A stretch of 64,000 nucleotides of DNA, from assembly GCA_964016885.1 (NCBI GenBank), contig OZ024740.1, positions 289,788,001 to 289,852,000 on the forward strand, in the 5' to 3' direction. A program made the translations under genes and the position numbers. Shown here piece after piece: positions 14,389 through 27,888 of the stretch. The stretch is from Eledone cirrhosa (lineage: Eukaryota). Under the pieces are notes generated by a model that searched no databases, was not told where the DNA came from, and saw nothing but the letters and a program-made list of their open reading frames with translations. The first letter of the stretch is position 1. The number at the start of each line of letters is the position of its first letter.

Positions 14389-14580
14389 GGGCGGTGAATT
14401 GGCAGTATCGGTAGAGGGTTGGACGCCGTGCTTTGATGTATAGAGTTACGGTCCTTGCCATTCTGAGTTCATATCCCGCCTAGGTTAACTTTGCCTTTCA
14501 TCCTTACGGGGTCGATGAAATAAAGTACCAGTAATGCACTGGGATAATTGCTGGCCTTGTGCCAAAAGTAGAAACAATTA
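14389..14580 (+). mobile_element. tRNA-derived SINE with TSD ttatttattcaaag
   Basis: Full SINE consensus with a direct repeat on both sides. Confidence 0.9.
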
Positions 14581-14733
14581 TTTATTCAAAGTAATCCAAC
14601 TTATTTTACAAACGGGGTAAAGAAATATATTCTGCACGCAATCCCGCACTCCTTTCTTTATTATAGTTAAGTTATATATATATATATATATTAAAATATA
14701 AATATTAATAAAATAGATGTTCTTTTGATCAAT

Positions 14734-14792
14734 TACATTTTATTATACATATTTCGGATGTACAACAGTACGTCCTCATCAGCCAAAATATA
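14734..14792 (-). ncRNA. Minimal type I hammerhead ribozyme (inverted copy)
   Basis: Reverse complement of the 15441-15499 motif, with one helix I change. Confidence 0.8.
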
Positions 14793-15440
14793 ATGATACA
14801 TGACATACCTTGAGATGTTAAATGGTTAAGATTTAATCAAGGTAGTGATTACCCGATAGAAAATTTTGCTTATATAATATCTGTGTGAGAGTGCGAAAAC
14901 ATAATGAATTCATTAGAGAATGTGTGAGTAAGAAAAAACGTTGCATACTTAAAGTGTTCTAAAATTTTAAATTGTATGATACTTTAATATATCTAGGGAA
15001 ACGTCTCATGAATCATAACAACCAGTGATAGCCACTGGAAAAATATTTATAAGGAGGGAAAGATAAAGTGTGTGTGTGTGTGGGGGGGGGGTCGAAAGTT
15101 AGACGGTTAGAATTTGGAAATATTTAATTTATAATATTTCCAAATTTATAATATTTCCAAATTCTAACCGTTTAACTTTCGAAAAAAAAACCCCACACTT
15201 TATCTTTCCCTCCGTATAAATCTTTTTCCAGTGGCTATCATTGGTTGTTATGACTCATGAGACGTTTCCCTAGATATATTAAAGTATCATACAATTTTTT
15301 CTTACTCACACATTCTCTAATGAATTCATTACGTTTTCGCACTCTCACACAGATATTATATAAGCAAAATTTTCTATCGTGTAATCACTACCTTGATTAA
15401 ATCTTAACCATTTAACATCTCAGGGTATGTCATGTATCAT

Positions 15441-15499
15441 TATATTTTGTCTGATGAGGACGTACTGTTGTACATCCGAAATATGTATAATAAAATGTA
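15441..15499 (+). ncRNA. Minimal type I hammerhead ribozyme (Penelope-type)
   Basis: tatattttgt CTGATGA ggacgtac-tgtt-gtacatcc GAAA tatgta TA ataaaatgta. 10-bp helix I and very short helix III. Confidence 0.88.
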
Positions 15500-15637
15500 A
15501 TTGATCAAAAGAACATCTATTTTATTAATACTTATATTTTAATATTAATAACTCCTGAAAATTATTTTACCGTTGAGTGCTTCCAATCTACTGTAAAACT
15601 CATTCTTTGACATAATCATCGAATATTGTTTAACAAC

Positions 15638-15739
<102 letters not shown>

Positions 15740-15837
15740 AAAATTGAAGACTAAAATCCAAAGAGGGCTCGATAAGGAAAATATATATCAAATATATAAG
15801 AACCGTAGTGAAAATATTTATTAAAATAACAGATTAA

Positions 15838-15888
15838 AGTTTAAGCAAAGAATCGCTGCTTTCACCCTTAACGGGATCTTCTGAAACT
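15838..15888 (-). ncRNA. Hammerhead-like motif with CAGAAGA (U4A) core, family B
   Basis: agttt CAGAAGA tccc-gttaa-gggt GAAA gcagcgattctttgc TT aaact. Lies within a longer family B copy at ~15725-16400. Confidence 0.6.
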
Positions 15889-16406
15889 AACAAAGTCAAT
15901 CTGTAAACGCAGAACTGGATATTTCAAAAAACGTTGCAACCGGAGGAAGACAGGAAGACGATACTTTGGTTCGTGGTAACGTTCGCTGGCAAAGAGCGGG
16001 AAAAAACGAATAATACGTCATTAATAGGAGCGGTGAAAAACAATTACGCGCAAAGACAAAACCACGTTTATGGTATAAAAAAGGTCGTAGACTAATGTTC
16101 TCTTAGGTGGTGCATAGAGACGTTCTCTGGCAATGAACGAAAAAACGAAGATAATCAGTCATATGTGGAGCGTCGAGAACAATAGCACGCAAAGACAAAA
16201 CCACGTAAATGGTATAGCAGAAATCGTAGACTAAAAATCTAACTAGGAGACCAAATGAATCTCCGCTACAGAGTTAAGAACAAAGTAAATAAATACAATA
16301 CAGAAGTAATAGAAACAAATAAATACATACACGCAAACAGATACGTACATACACAAGCATACGCAAAACCTTACCATGGGTATACAAAACCACGCACATA
16401 TAAATA

Positions 16407-16460
<54 letters not shown>

Positions 16461-16463
<3 letters not shown>

Positions 16464-16650
16464 CGAAGGAGATGTGGTAAGGAACCAGATGGACCATAAC
16501 GCACCAGAGTACTCAATACTTAGGGTAGTAGAGTGGGTAATAGGAAAAAGTATGACCCCGACGGCAAAGCTCAAGCCGTTTCGACGGCTATTCCAGAAAT
16601 AGCCGTCGAAACGTCTTGAGCTTTGCCGTCGGGGTCATACTTTTTCCTAT
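16461..16650. mobile_element. Family A mini-element, hairpin form
   Basis: A minus-sense copy plus an inverted arm around 16593, flanked by (TA)n. Confidence 0.8.
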
Positions 16651-17621
16651 ATATATATAACATCAATCCCGTGGTTATCGGCTGTCGAAATGAACTTATA
16701 CTGTCTCAAGCATTACCGACAGTACAGCTGGTCCATTCAGGGTCACAAGATAGTTAAGCTCTGTCCTGGAGTATTTTACAAGACGAACACGAAGCAGAAC
16801 TCAGTATTGTTACCTTATCTTATCTATTGATTAAGTGATATGTTTCTTTTCAAATTTAGATAACGACACATAGTTCAAAGTTTCATCACCATCGATAGTT
16901 TTTCACTAATTATCGCCGTGTGCTTTACTTCTAACTCGTCCGAAGCATTTAGATCGGTGTCCGAAACCAATTTCCTAAACATGTTTCTTCACAGCCCTCA
17001 CAAAATACATATCTATAACCCAATTCTTCCAGTTCACACTCAGTTGTGCTGCAGCATTACATGCGAAAAACAGGGCTTATAACATGGAGAAACTTCTAGC
17101 GAACCTCCCTTGATAAAAGGAAAATTGAAAACGATATTCGTAGCGTGTCAATAACGTGAACTCATGATATCGAAGTTAATTTATGTCTGAATTAATTGAG
17201 TTAATTCTTCGGAACCTATCTGCTGTTAGTATGATGCTATATTAGCAGACATACCTTGTTACTGATCGTTTTCACAGTGGTCATTTCCAGCGGTCGATAT
17301 CTGATACAATAGCAGCCTTACAACGTCATCTTTCACAGTTTAACACCCATTGACATCCACTGCATAAACAAAACAGAACAATTTTCTACAACGTAATTAA
17401 TATTATATTACTTTTCAGCTTGTTCTCATTGAAATCATGTGTTGACGGGTCGTAATATCATGCATGTATATACAATTTATGCGAATACGCTTTGTGTCGA
17501 GTAATTGCCTATCCACATGCATTGTGTACACACATATATTTATGTGCTTTCGTTTACAGTATGTACTGTTTAACATGCAAGGCCACAGAAAACTGTTTCA
17601 CAATTGATGTCCGTATGCATT

Positions 17622-18052
17622 GGCGGTGGATTGGCAGTATCGGTAGAGCGTGAGACACCATGCTTTGCAGCAGAGAGTTATGGCCCTTTATGATCTGAGT
17701 TCAAATCCCGCCGAGGTTAGCTTTGCTTTTCATCCTTACCGGGTGGATAAAATAAAGCACCTGTAATGCAATGGGGTCGATTTAATCGACTTTCCCCTCC
17801 CCACAAAATTGCTGGCCTTGTTCTTATCGTAGAAATCATTATCATAGAGTCCGTATGGATTGGTGGTGGATTGGCAGTGTCGGTTGAGCGTCAGAAATCA
17901 TGCTTTGCAGCATAGAGTTATGGCCCTTTGCGTTCTGAGTTCAAATCCCGCTGAAGTTAACTTTGCCTTTCATCCTCACGGGGTCGATAAAATGAAGCAC
18001 CAGTAATGCACTGGGGTAATTGCTGGCCTTGTGCCAAAAGTATAAACAATTA
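17622..18052 (+). mobile_element. Two tandem tRNA-derived SINEs
   Basis: SINE consensus at about 17622-17840 and 17862-18052. Both are followed by ttatcatagagtcc. Confidence 0.85.
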
Positions 18053-19404
18053 TCATAGAGTCCTTAACGGAATTCATGAAACAATTGTTTATGTATAATC
18101 AATCTCTCTTACCACTGGCTAGGGCAATCATCCTAGCATGTGGCAAAGAAGATTTATCTCTCGTGTCTCTGGTTTTGAGCAGAGCACTACATTCTACACT
18201 ATTCAGTTTATCAAGATGTTGTCAGGAATATGTACCAGATAATCTGAGGTAATGTTACTTGTGATAGACCAACGCTCTATCCACGAGGAAAAATAAAATG
18301 TTTCCTTATCATAGGCACAATTGTTAACTCTCGTTCGCTTATCACCATCAAACTTTACAGTCTGTAAAAGACTCTTGGAAGATAAAGTAGATATTTATTT
18401 ATTTATGTATTACTTATTTATTTGGTTGAACATCATCTAGAAATGAATAGAAAAAATATGGTGGAGCACTTGAAGGTTGTTGATGGCCGGAAAGATGGCA
18501 GGAGGAGGTTCCATCTCTTGCTTTGCACGTGCATCTTCTCGAAGCTATGGATTGTGATTGATTGAATTTACTTATTTACTTAATAATCCCCTGAATCAGT
18601 AACATGTTTTCGGTTTGCTTTACTTATTTTCTTTTCTCATTGAGAATCGATCTATAAAGAAATTATGGGTGCTTAGATTATGGCATGTATATATATATAT
18701 ATTGATGGAAGAGCTACTTCCGACTACACCTTTCTGGCCGTCCATGTATAGCTGAAGGTTGATTGACGAGGTAGGTCTTTGAATGTTGAATCCAGTAGGA
18801 CAGAGATGGGGTGGGAGAGTTGAGGGAGTCAACGTCGACAGATTATAATTGTCTTAAACATCTTTTTTGTTTTCGTTTTTACTTTTATACAATGAAAAAC
18901 AGATGCGTTTGTCTATTCATAGATATGCCTCATAATTCTTACTTGGTTTCACTTGATGTTGAGCTTGGTGCAGCATCGTAAAGACTGGTGCAGTATGGTG
19001 CAGTGCATAGTGCAGTATAGTATAGCGTGGTTTATAGATGAGTAACAGAGAAACTAATTATATGTAATAGAGTATCTGTCAAATGAAGGAAATCATTTAC
19101 TAGAAGTGATCGAAGTGGATGTGGCAGATAATCTCAATCCACAGAAGTATAAGCTGAAAATTAAATGCATCATCATCATCATCATCATCAACATCATCCT
19201 CATTAGTGCGTCTCTTTACCTGCTACAAATCAATCATAACACACACTACAGTCTTTCAAAAGGGAAAATCACATTAGATATTATAGTCATAGATACATTA
19301 TATATGTCTGAATAAAATACGGGAACATTATCGCTGGAGCACCTTTCATCAGGTATGCAGGATCAAAACTGATTTGGGATTAAACAGTCACAATAACAAC
19401 AATA

Positions 19405-19858
19405 AAGGTTTCTTATTAAGGTACAATTCGGGACAGAAGGATGAGGGTCAGAATCTATTATTTCGATGCCAATACTTCAGTAGTACTTTATTTTATTGAT
19501 CTCAGAAGGATGAATGGCAAAGTTAACCACAGTGAGATTTGAACTGAGAACGTAAAGTACCGGAGTACATACCGAAAAAGACATTTATCCGACGCTCTAC
19601 AATCCCTGCTAATCTACTATAAAGATTTCTTATATAGGCACAAGGCCAGCAATTGTGGGGGTGGGAAAAGTCAATTAAATCGACCCCAGTACATTACTGG
19701 TACTTTATTTTATCGACCCCGTAAGGAGGAAAGGCAAAGTTAACCTCGGCGAGATTTGAACTCAGAAAGTGAAGGACCGTATATCTCTGCCGCGAAGCAG
19801 GGTATCCGACACTCTACCGATACTGCCAAATCCACCGCCCTCTGCTAATCTACTATAA
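19405..19858 (-). mobile_element. Old SINE with a younger SINE inserted at its head (TSD ctgctaatctactataa)
   Basis: Diverged SINE at ~19405-19615 and a younger copy at ~19625-19840, with a 17-bp direct repeat. Confidence 0.8.
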
Positions 19859-20274
19859 TGATAACAAAAAGATATACTGATATACAAGTTAATAATGGAA
19901 CCCTACGCAGCCGCTTGAACTTCTAATAATAGCAGCCAAATATCCCTCAAACCATCCCGTGCCGTCTTAAAACAAGGAAAAACTTACCTTTGATCACAGT
20001 TTATATCGACAAACAACAATAAAAAACTCGTAAAACTGGAAGAATATCCAAATTTAATAGGCACTGCTTCGCTTTTAAAGACTTTCTTTTATTCATTGTA
20101 TCACGATAAAAAGTCAACAATAAATGCAAGAACAAAAGAAAACAAATAAACATTATGTGAGTCATACGATTCTGTGACCGGAAACGGATATGCATTTGGA
20201 TGAATATTACTTAAAAAAAGAAAACCACCACCACCACCACCACCACCCCCGCCGCCACGATCGACGACGACGAT

Positions 20275-20306
<32 letters not shown>

Positions 20307-20930
20307 AAATAACAAACGACAGTAACAACAAAACATAACAAATAAACGTCGTATGAAAACCTACAACCGGAAACGGATATGAAAATGGGTAGAATATTAG
20401 GAAAATAAATAAATGAATGAATTGACGGAATGAACCTCCGTCAGTTTCGAGAGATTATTTCAGTTGCTCCATCAGCAGAACAGTCTGCTCATGAAATTAA
20501 CGTCTAAGTGACTGAGCATTCCACGGACACGTTTTCCATTAACGAGATATTTAGGGAGAGACACATTTGAATTACAGGCACACTTTATCTGGTATCTGAC
20601 GACCTCCGAAAGAATTTCTATCTATCCAATTTTACTCATAAGTCATGGATTGTCCTGAGGCTATGGTAAACAACACTTTCCCAAGATGCCAAGCTTAGGG
20701 ATTGAACCCGGGACCAAATATTTAGGGGACAAACTCCTTAACGAATCGGTAATTTCACACCCTAAACCAAAGGTTCTCAACGGGGGCCATATGCCTCCCC
20801 GCCCCTCCTCCGCGGGGGGGGGGGGGGGGGGCGTATTTCTCCGAAGAAATACGGTTTTAGGAAGCCGTAGCTATGCAAACACCAGCAGGCTGACGCCCTC
20901 TGGTGATGTCCAGCAGAAGCAAGGGGGACA

Positions 20931-20974
20931 ACCGTCTATGCATTTCAGGCTTAACTGGCCATCGTCAGGACGGT
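20931..20974 (-). ncRNA. Minimal type I hammerhead ribozyme (inverted copy)
   Basis: accguc CUGACGA uggc-caguuaa-gccu GAAA ugca UA gacggu. Confidence 0.8.
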
Positions 20975-21056
20975 CCCTCCCACCGCTTAATACTGCTGAG
21001 ACAGGCGAGAATCTATAGTGTTCTCGTCTGTGTAAATGAGGTGATTAATCTCGGGA

Positions 21057-21106
21057 GCGACCGTCCTGACGAAGGCCAGTTAAGCCTGAAATGCATAGAC
21101 GGTTGT
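21057..21106 (+). ncRNA. Minimal type I hammerhead ribozyme with palindromic helix III (dimeric type)
   Basis: gcgaccgtc CTGACGA aggc-cagttaa-gcct GAAA tgca TA gacggttgt. Helix III is the ATGCAT palindrome. Confidence 0.9.
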
Positions 21107-21249
21107 CCCCCTTGCTTTTGCTGGACATCACCAGAGGGCGCTAGCCCCCTGGTGTTAGCATAGCTACGGCTTCCTAAAACCGTATTTCTTCGGAGATATG
21201 AAATATTTATACAAATTGTATAAAGCTATGCTTGAAGCGAAATCCTATT

Positions 21250-21297
<48 letters not shown>

Positions 21298-21527
21298 CAC
21301 ACACATATATATATATATATATTCTTTTTTCAGTCTGGTCTACCTTTGGATAGAACTCAATGTAATCTTGTAAAATCCATAGAGAAGTTCTGTTTCGCTG
21401 AATTAATTCTTTAGATACAGAGTCAGATATTAGGTATTAAATTAACAATAAAAATAAAAACAACAAAATAAAGTAACTTGACTTTGTTTTTTTAATTTTC
21501 ATTGTTAATTTGATAACACACACACAC

Positions 21528-22001
<474 letters not shown>

Positions 22002-22103
22002 GAGGGGTCTCAAAATGAAGGACATAAAGCGGCCATTACGTCCTGGAGGAGAGGCCACAGTGGGCCAGACGTGATGATGGATGATGATTTTCACCAGTTA
22101 TAA

Positions 22104-22318
22104 TAATTTCTACTATAGGCACAGGCATGAAATTGAGGGTTTAGTGTCCCGTCGATTACATCGATCCCGGTTCACAACTGGTACTTCATTTATCGACCCC
22201 AAAAGGATGAAAGGCAAAGTTGAGATCGGCGGAATTTGAACTCTGAACGTAAAAGCGGAAGAGGTACCACTAAGCATTTAACCAGATGTGCTAACGATTC
22301 CACCAGCTCACCGCCTTA
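22104..22318 (-). mobile_element. tRNA-derived SINE (older subfamily), TSD attttcaccagttat
   Basis: SINE consensus with a flanking direct repeat. Confidence 0.8.
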
Positions 22319-22483
22319 TTTTCACCAGTTATGATGAAATATGAAAGATTGGTTCTACCACGGGCCATAGAAAACTAGTTCGCGGGCCGCATGTTTGAGC
22401 CCCCTGTTGGAGAGATAGATAGAGGTGTACCAAACACACACACATTCCTTACTCTCTCTGTCTCTAACACTTTCTCTCTCTCT

Positions 22484-23195
<712 letters not shown>

Positions 23196-23227
23196 ATATA
23201 CATATATATATACATATATATATATAC

Positions 23228-23287
<60 letters not shown>

Positions 23288-23370
23288 ATAATAATAAAAT
23301 TGAAGACTAAAATCCAAAGATTCTTTGCTTAAACTTTAATCTGTTATTTTAATAAATATATATATATATA

Positions 23371-24321
23371 TATAATAGAATAATCGAGTATCGGAAAATC
23401 AGCTCACGAATTTACGATAAACAAATCCGAAATGAGTGGCAGAGGGCTCAATAATTCAGATAAATCAGAGCTATAACTATCGTTAAGATACCAACACACA
23501 AAGATTATGCCTAAATCACCCGTGCAGCCGAAAAATAACGACCAGGAAGATTCGGGTCACTCAGATAAAATATCAATAAATTAATAATTTATATGAATGT
23601 AAAAACTTACCCGGACCCACTAGAAAGGTGGTAAATCTAGCTTCTTGGGTTTCTGCTATTCCTTAATCCGCCCCCTATCAGCCCACATAAAAATATATAA
23701 GACTTCTAGGGAGAGGAGGGACCGGAACAACTTTATCAACGGGCCATGTCCGACGAATGTAGAAGTTAACTATAGCTAGACGCACATGGAGTCCAGCAAG
23801 GGAGATAACCTCTATATTCGCGAAAGATAATCGGTAATGTGGAATACACATATCGAATAAGAGTGCTCGATAGACATGTTAAAATAAACAGGAGCTATTC
23901 ATCATTCAATAGAATCGACAAAAAATGAACAATAAAATTAACTGGTCAATAGCTATGTCTAGAGCTAAATATAATAGAATAATCGAGTATCGGAAAATCA
24001 GCTCACGAATTTACGATAAACAAATCCGAAATGAGTGGCAGAGGGCTCAATAATTCAGATAAATCAGAGCTATAACTATCGTTAAGATACCAACACACAA
24101 AGATTATGCCTAAAATCACCCGTGCAGCCGAAAAATAACGACCAGGAAGATTCGGGTCACTCAGATAAAATATCAATAAATCAATAATTTATATGAATGT
24201 AAAAACTTACCCGGACCCACTAGAAAGGTGGTAAATCTAGCTTCTTGGGTTTCTGCTATTCCTTAATCCGCCCCCTATCAGCCCACATAAAAATATATAA
24301 GACTTCTAGGGAGAGGAGGGA
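23371..24321 (-). mobile_element. Partial-tandem (~350-bp repeat, ~600-bp period) HHR element, family C, in (TA)n
   Basis: 23373-23722 is repeated at 23972-24321. Homologous to 31212-31768, with tail remnants at ~24620-24830 and ~30950-31110. Confidence 0.85.
23609..23744 (-). ncRNA. Large type I hammerhead ribozyme, U3-A8 variant
   Basis: gcccg UUGAUAA a-guuguucc...ggaauagc-a GAAA ccca..cuaga..ucuag uggg UC cgggu. Confidence 0.75.
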
Positions 24322-24444
24322 CATATATATACATACATATATACAAATATATATATATATAAATATACACATATATATATATATGTATATATAGATATAC
24401 GTATACATATATACACACATATATATATATATACATATATATAT

Positions 24445-24511
<67 letters not shown>

Positions 24512-24834
24512 CATATATATACATATATATATACATATATATATATACATATATATACATATATATATAAACATATATATATATATATATAGAGATATAT
24601 ACATATATATATATATATATATTTTGTTTTGACCTGTTTAGCTTGATTTGCTTTTTGGCTTACGTGGTTAATGCTTTCTTGACAACCTTTTCAGTTTTGT
24701 ATGGCTTCTTAACACATTGTTTAGCTCTGGTTTTTAACTATTGAGCACTTTGTCAGTATCATTTCTGATTTTTGCGTCTCGCTTCGCTTTTCCTGCCCGC
24801 CGAAAATGTGATTCTCGCTGAATCTTTATTTATA

Positions 24835-24894
<60 letters not shown>

Positions 24895-25345
24895 TATAAC
24901 ATATATATAGTGCAAATTTAGACGGGAACAAAACAGAGAGGCAGAAAAATAAAGGTTAGTATATATTTATATATATATATATAAATATATATAGTATAGA
25001 TAAATATATATAGTATAGATTTATATATATATATATAAATCTATACTATAAAGCTGACGGCCGTATTTAAGTAACAAACTTTCCGCCAAACTGCTGGACC
25101 AAATTAGCATCCTCGATGTAAATTTTTCCAAGTAAAAAAGTGAGGATATTTTCGCGTACTGAATTTTGTTAAAAATATTAAAGACATTATTTAAATATTC
25201 ACTTCTTTAAAATTCTTAAATGACAACACTTCCGGTTATACAACATTCCTAACGTCTTCACGAACCAAAGTATCATCTTCCTGTTTTCTTTCGGTTGCAA
25301 CGTTTTTCGAAATATTTACTTCTGCGCTCACAGATTGATTTATAT

Positions 25346-25396
25346 AGTTTCAGAAGATCCCGTTAAGGATGAAAGCAGCGATTCTTTGCTTAAACT
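25346..25396 (+). ncRNA. Hammerhead-like motif with CAGAAGA core (diverged family B copy)
   Basis: agttt CAGAAGA tcccgttaaggat GAAA gcagcgattctttgc TT aaact. Confidence 0.55.
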
Positions 25397-25407
25397 TCAA
25401 TCTGTTA

Positions 25408-25479
<72 letters not shown>

Positions 25480-25487
<8 letters not shown>

Positions 25488-26367
25488 TATATTCATGTAC
25501 AGATAATTTTGCATACAGAAAAACAAAATATAAACAAACGTATTTATTTCACGAAACCACAGACGGCTTATCGTCATTGTTACTGCCGATATGCCACCCA
25601 AAAAGTCCTAGCCTGGCCGCAAGATCAGATTTTCCAGAAGAAAATATGTTACTAGAGCAACAGAGAGACTAACCTTCGCGATTACCATCAACAAAGCTCA
25701 GGGTCAAACCCTAAAATTGGCTGGCCTTCATCTGGTAAAACCATGGTCAATTGTATGTAGGATGCTCTAGGGTGAGCTAAGGAAGTGGAGAGGAAGGAGA
25801 GAAGGAGAAAAGAAACCTACAATGAAAGAACATCTTAAAGTTTACCCAAACCAAATGTTGTATTTAATAACATTTCTATCTGAAGGTTCTTAGCAAGCTT
25901 ACTGGCGCTTTAGTATGGTATTCAATTCTCATATCGTTTTTGATTGATATGGTGCATATATCGCAGCTATTCATATGTTTTAAACATTAGATAACGATTG
26001 CTGATGTATATTGTACGACAGAATTAGCTGAAAAATATTTTGAATGAACAAATAAAAGAGATATAAAAGAGAGATGTTTGTTGGTTGGTTCCTTCGCGTA
26101 TCACACGAAAAAAACGAAAAGTGACAATCGGAAAGTATGTACAGGATTGTTTATTGATAGTATGTACAGGAAAGTTTATTGATACTAATTTTATAACACC
26201 AAAGAAGAAGAAAGACATACCACGTATGCTAACCAACCTGACTGCTATTTCTAGCAGTTTGGGAATCAACCATAAGTGATTCTCTCTGCGAGTTCGTTGT
26301 CAGTGATGATCGTGTTTCGCGGCCTACATCTCCGATTCCGACGGTGGATTACACACACACACACACG

Positions 26368-26427
<60 letters not shown>

Positions 26428-26608
26428 CACACACACGCGCGCGAACACTCACACACACACACATATATATATACATAAACACACACACACACAAACACAA
26501 TAGACACACACTGTAAACAAGACAATGCATTCTATACAGACGTTTTCTCTTCTGCCGGTCTTCTCTTATCATTTGTTAACCTTGGCGAAGCTGGGTACCT
26601 CAGCTAGT
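25480..26608 (+). mobile_element. Helitron remnant (helicase C-terminus and 3' end)
   Basis: FAITINKAQGQTLKLAGLHL..HGQLYVGCSRV at ~25670-25775. The 3' end has an imperfect hairpin followed by CTAG (ccttggcgaagctgggtacctcagctag|t). Confidence 0.7.
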
Positions 26609-26728
26609 ATATATGGCGTTGTTATTTGACGTTGTTGAAAAGAGCAGTGGCCTTTGACCCGGCAATAAAAACTGGAAACAAAATTTTTTCTGTGCCAAAA
26701 ACAAGACACACACAGACACACACACACA

Positions 26729-26783
<55 letters not shown>

Positions 26784-26785
26784 GC

Positions 26786-26852
<67 letters not shown>

Positions 26853-27316
26853 CGTGTGTGTGTATCTATCTATGTATATATATAAGGGATACAGATATTG
26901 TTTGTTCACTGTAACCAAGCATCTCAATTCATTCGTTGCAACTAAGTTTGTGATCGGGACACTTTATTTTGCAAGGTACTATTTTTCGCCTGGGTTTGTG
27001 ATTCAAGAGAAAGCTAAGAATTTCTTAATATTTTGCATCTTTTGTATTGTGACTTTACCGTTTGAATTGTAGAATTGTCTATCCACTCAAAATATTACAA
27101 CAGCTAACAGTGAAATATAGAATTTAAAAAAAAAGCTTTTTTCGACTGAGATCAAATTTTTGAGAACATTCACGTCTTTTTGTTTTAAATATATCATTTG
27201 AAATAACTTGCTTTTGTTTTGGACTGAAACTTTTTTGTATTTAATTCGTACGCGTATTTTGTTTTTAATTCGTACGTTTTAGATTTTGAGTTGTCATTGT
27301 CGTTTCGTTAGCTGAA

Positions 27317-27508
27317 TAATTGTTTCTACTTTAGGCACAAGGCCAGCAATTATCCCAGTGCATTACTGGTACTTTATTTTATCGACCCCGTAAGGATGAA
27401 AGGCAAAGTTAACCTCGGCGGGATTTGAACTCAGATCATAAAGGGACGTAACTATGCTGGAAAGCATGGCGTCCGACCCTCTAGCGATACTGCCAATCCG
27501 CCGCCCTT
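27317..27508 (-). mobile_element. tRNA-derived SINE, TSD ttagctgaataat
   Basis: Full consensus plus a flanking direct repeat. Confidence 0.9.
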
Positions 27509-27888
27509 AGCTGAATAATGCAAGTTGCATATGTCACCACTACAAATACGAGCAGTTGTTCACTAACTGAACTTGGTGATCTTGACCGTTGACTATTGAT
27601 ACTGTTCTTCCGCTCAACATCGGTTTACCAGCCATCATTGACTTCTAAGAGTTCCTTTGCTGAATGACATATCCACCACGCTGCTCCCCATGGCTTTACC
27701 GTAGAACTGGCAAGGAAATAATATAAATACAAAATACTAATAATTAATCAAATATGTAGTACTGGGTTCGATATTTTAAGGTCGACTTTACAAAAGATAT
27801 ATTCAACTTTATTTTAGAATGATCAATATGGTAATGGTAATTTAACCCTTAGACAATAGTTGCATAGGACTGAGACCAACACGTAAGT

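Larger units (their letters stand above)
20834..21197. mobile_element. ORF-less palindromic HHR mini-element (~145-bp arms)
   Basis: tatttctccgaagaaatacgg...gacggtccctccc is inverted to gggagcgaccgtc...ttcttcggagata. Confidence 0.85.
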
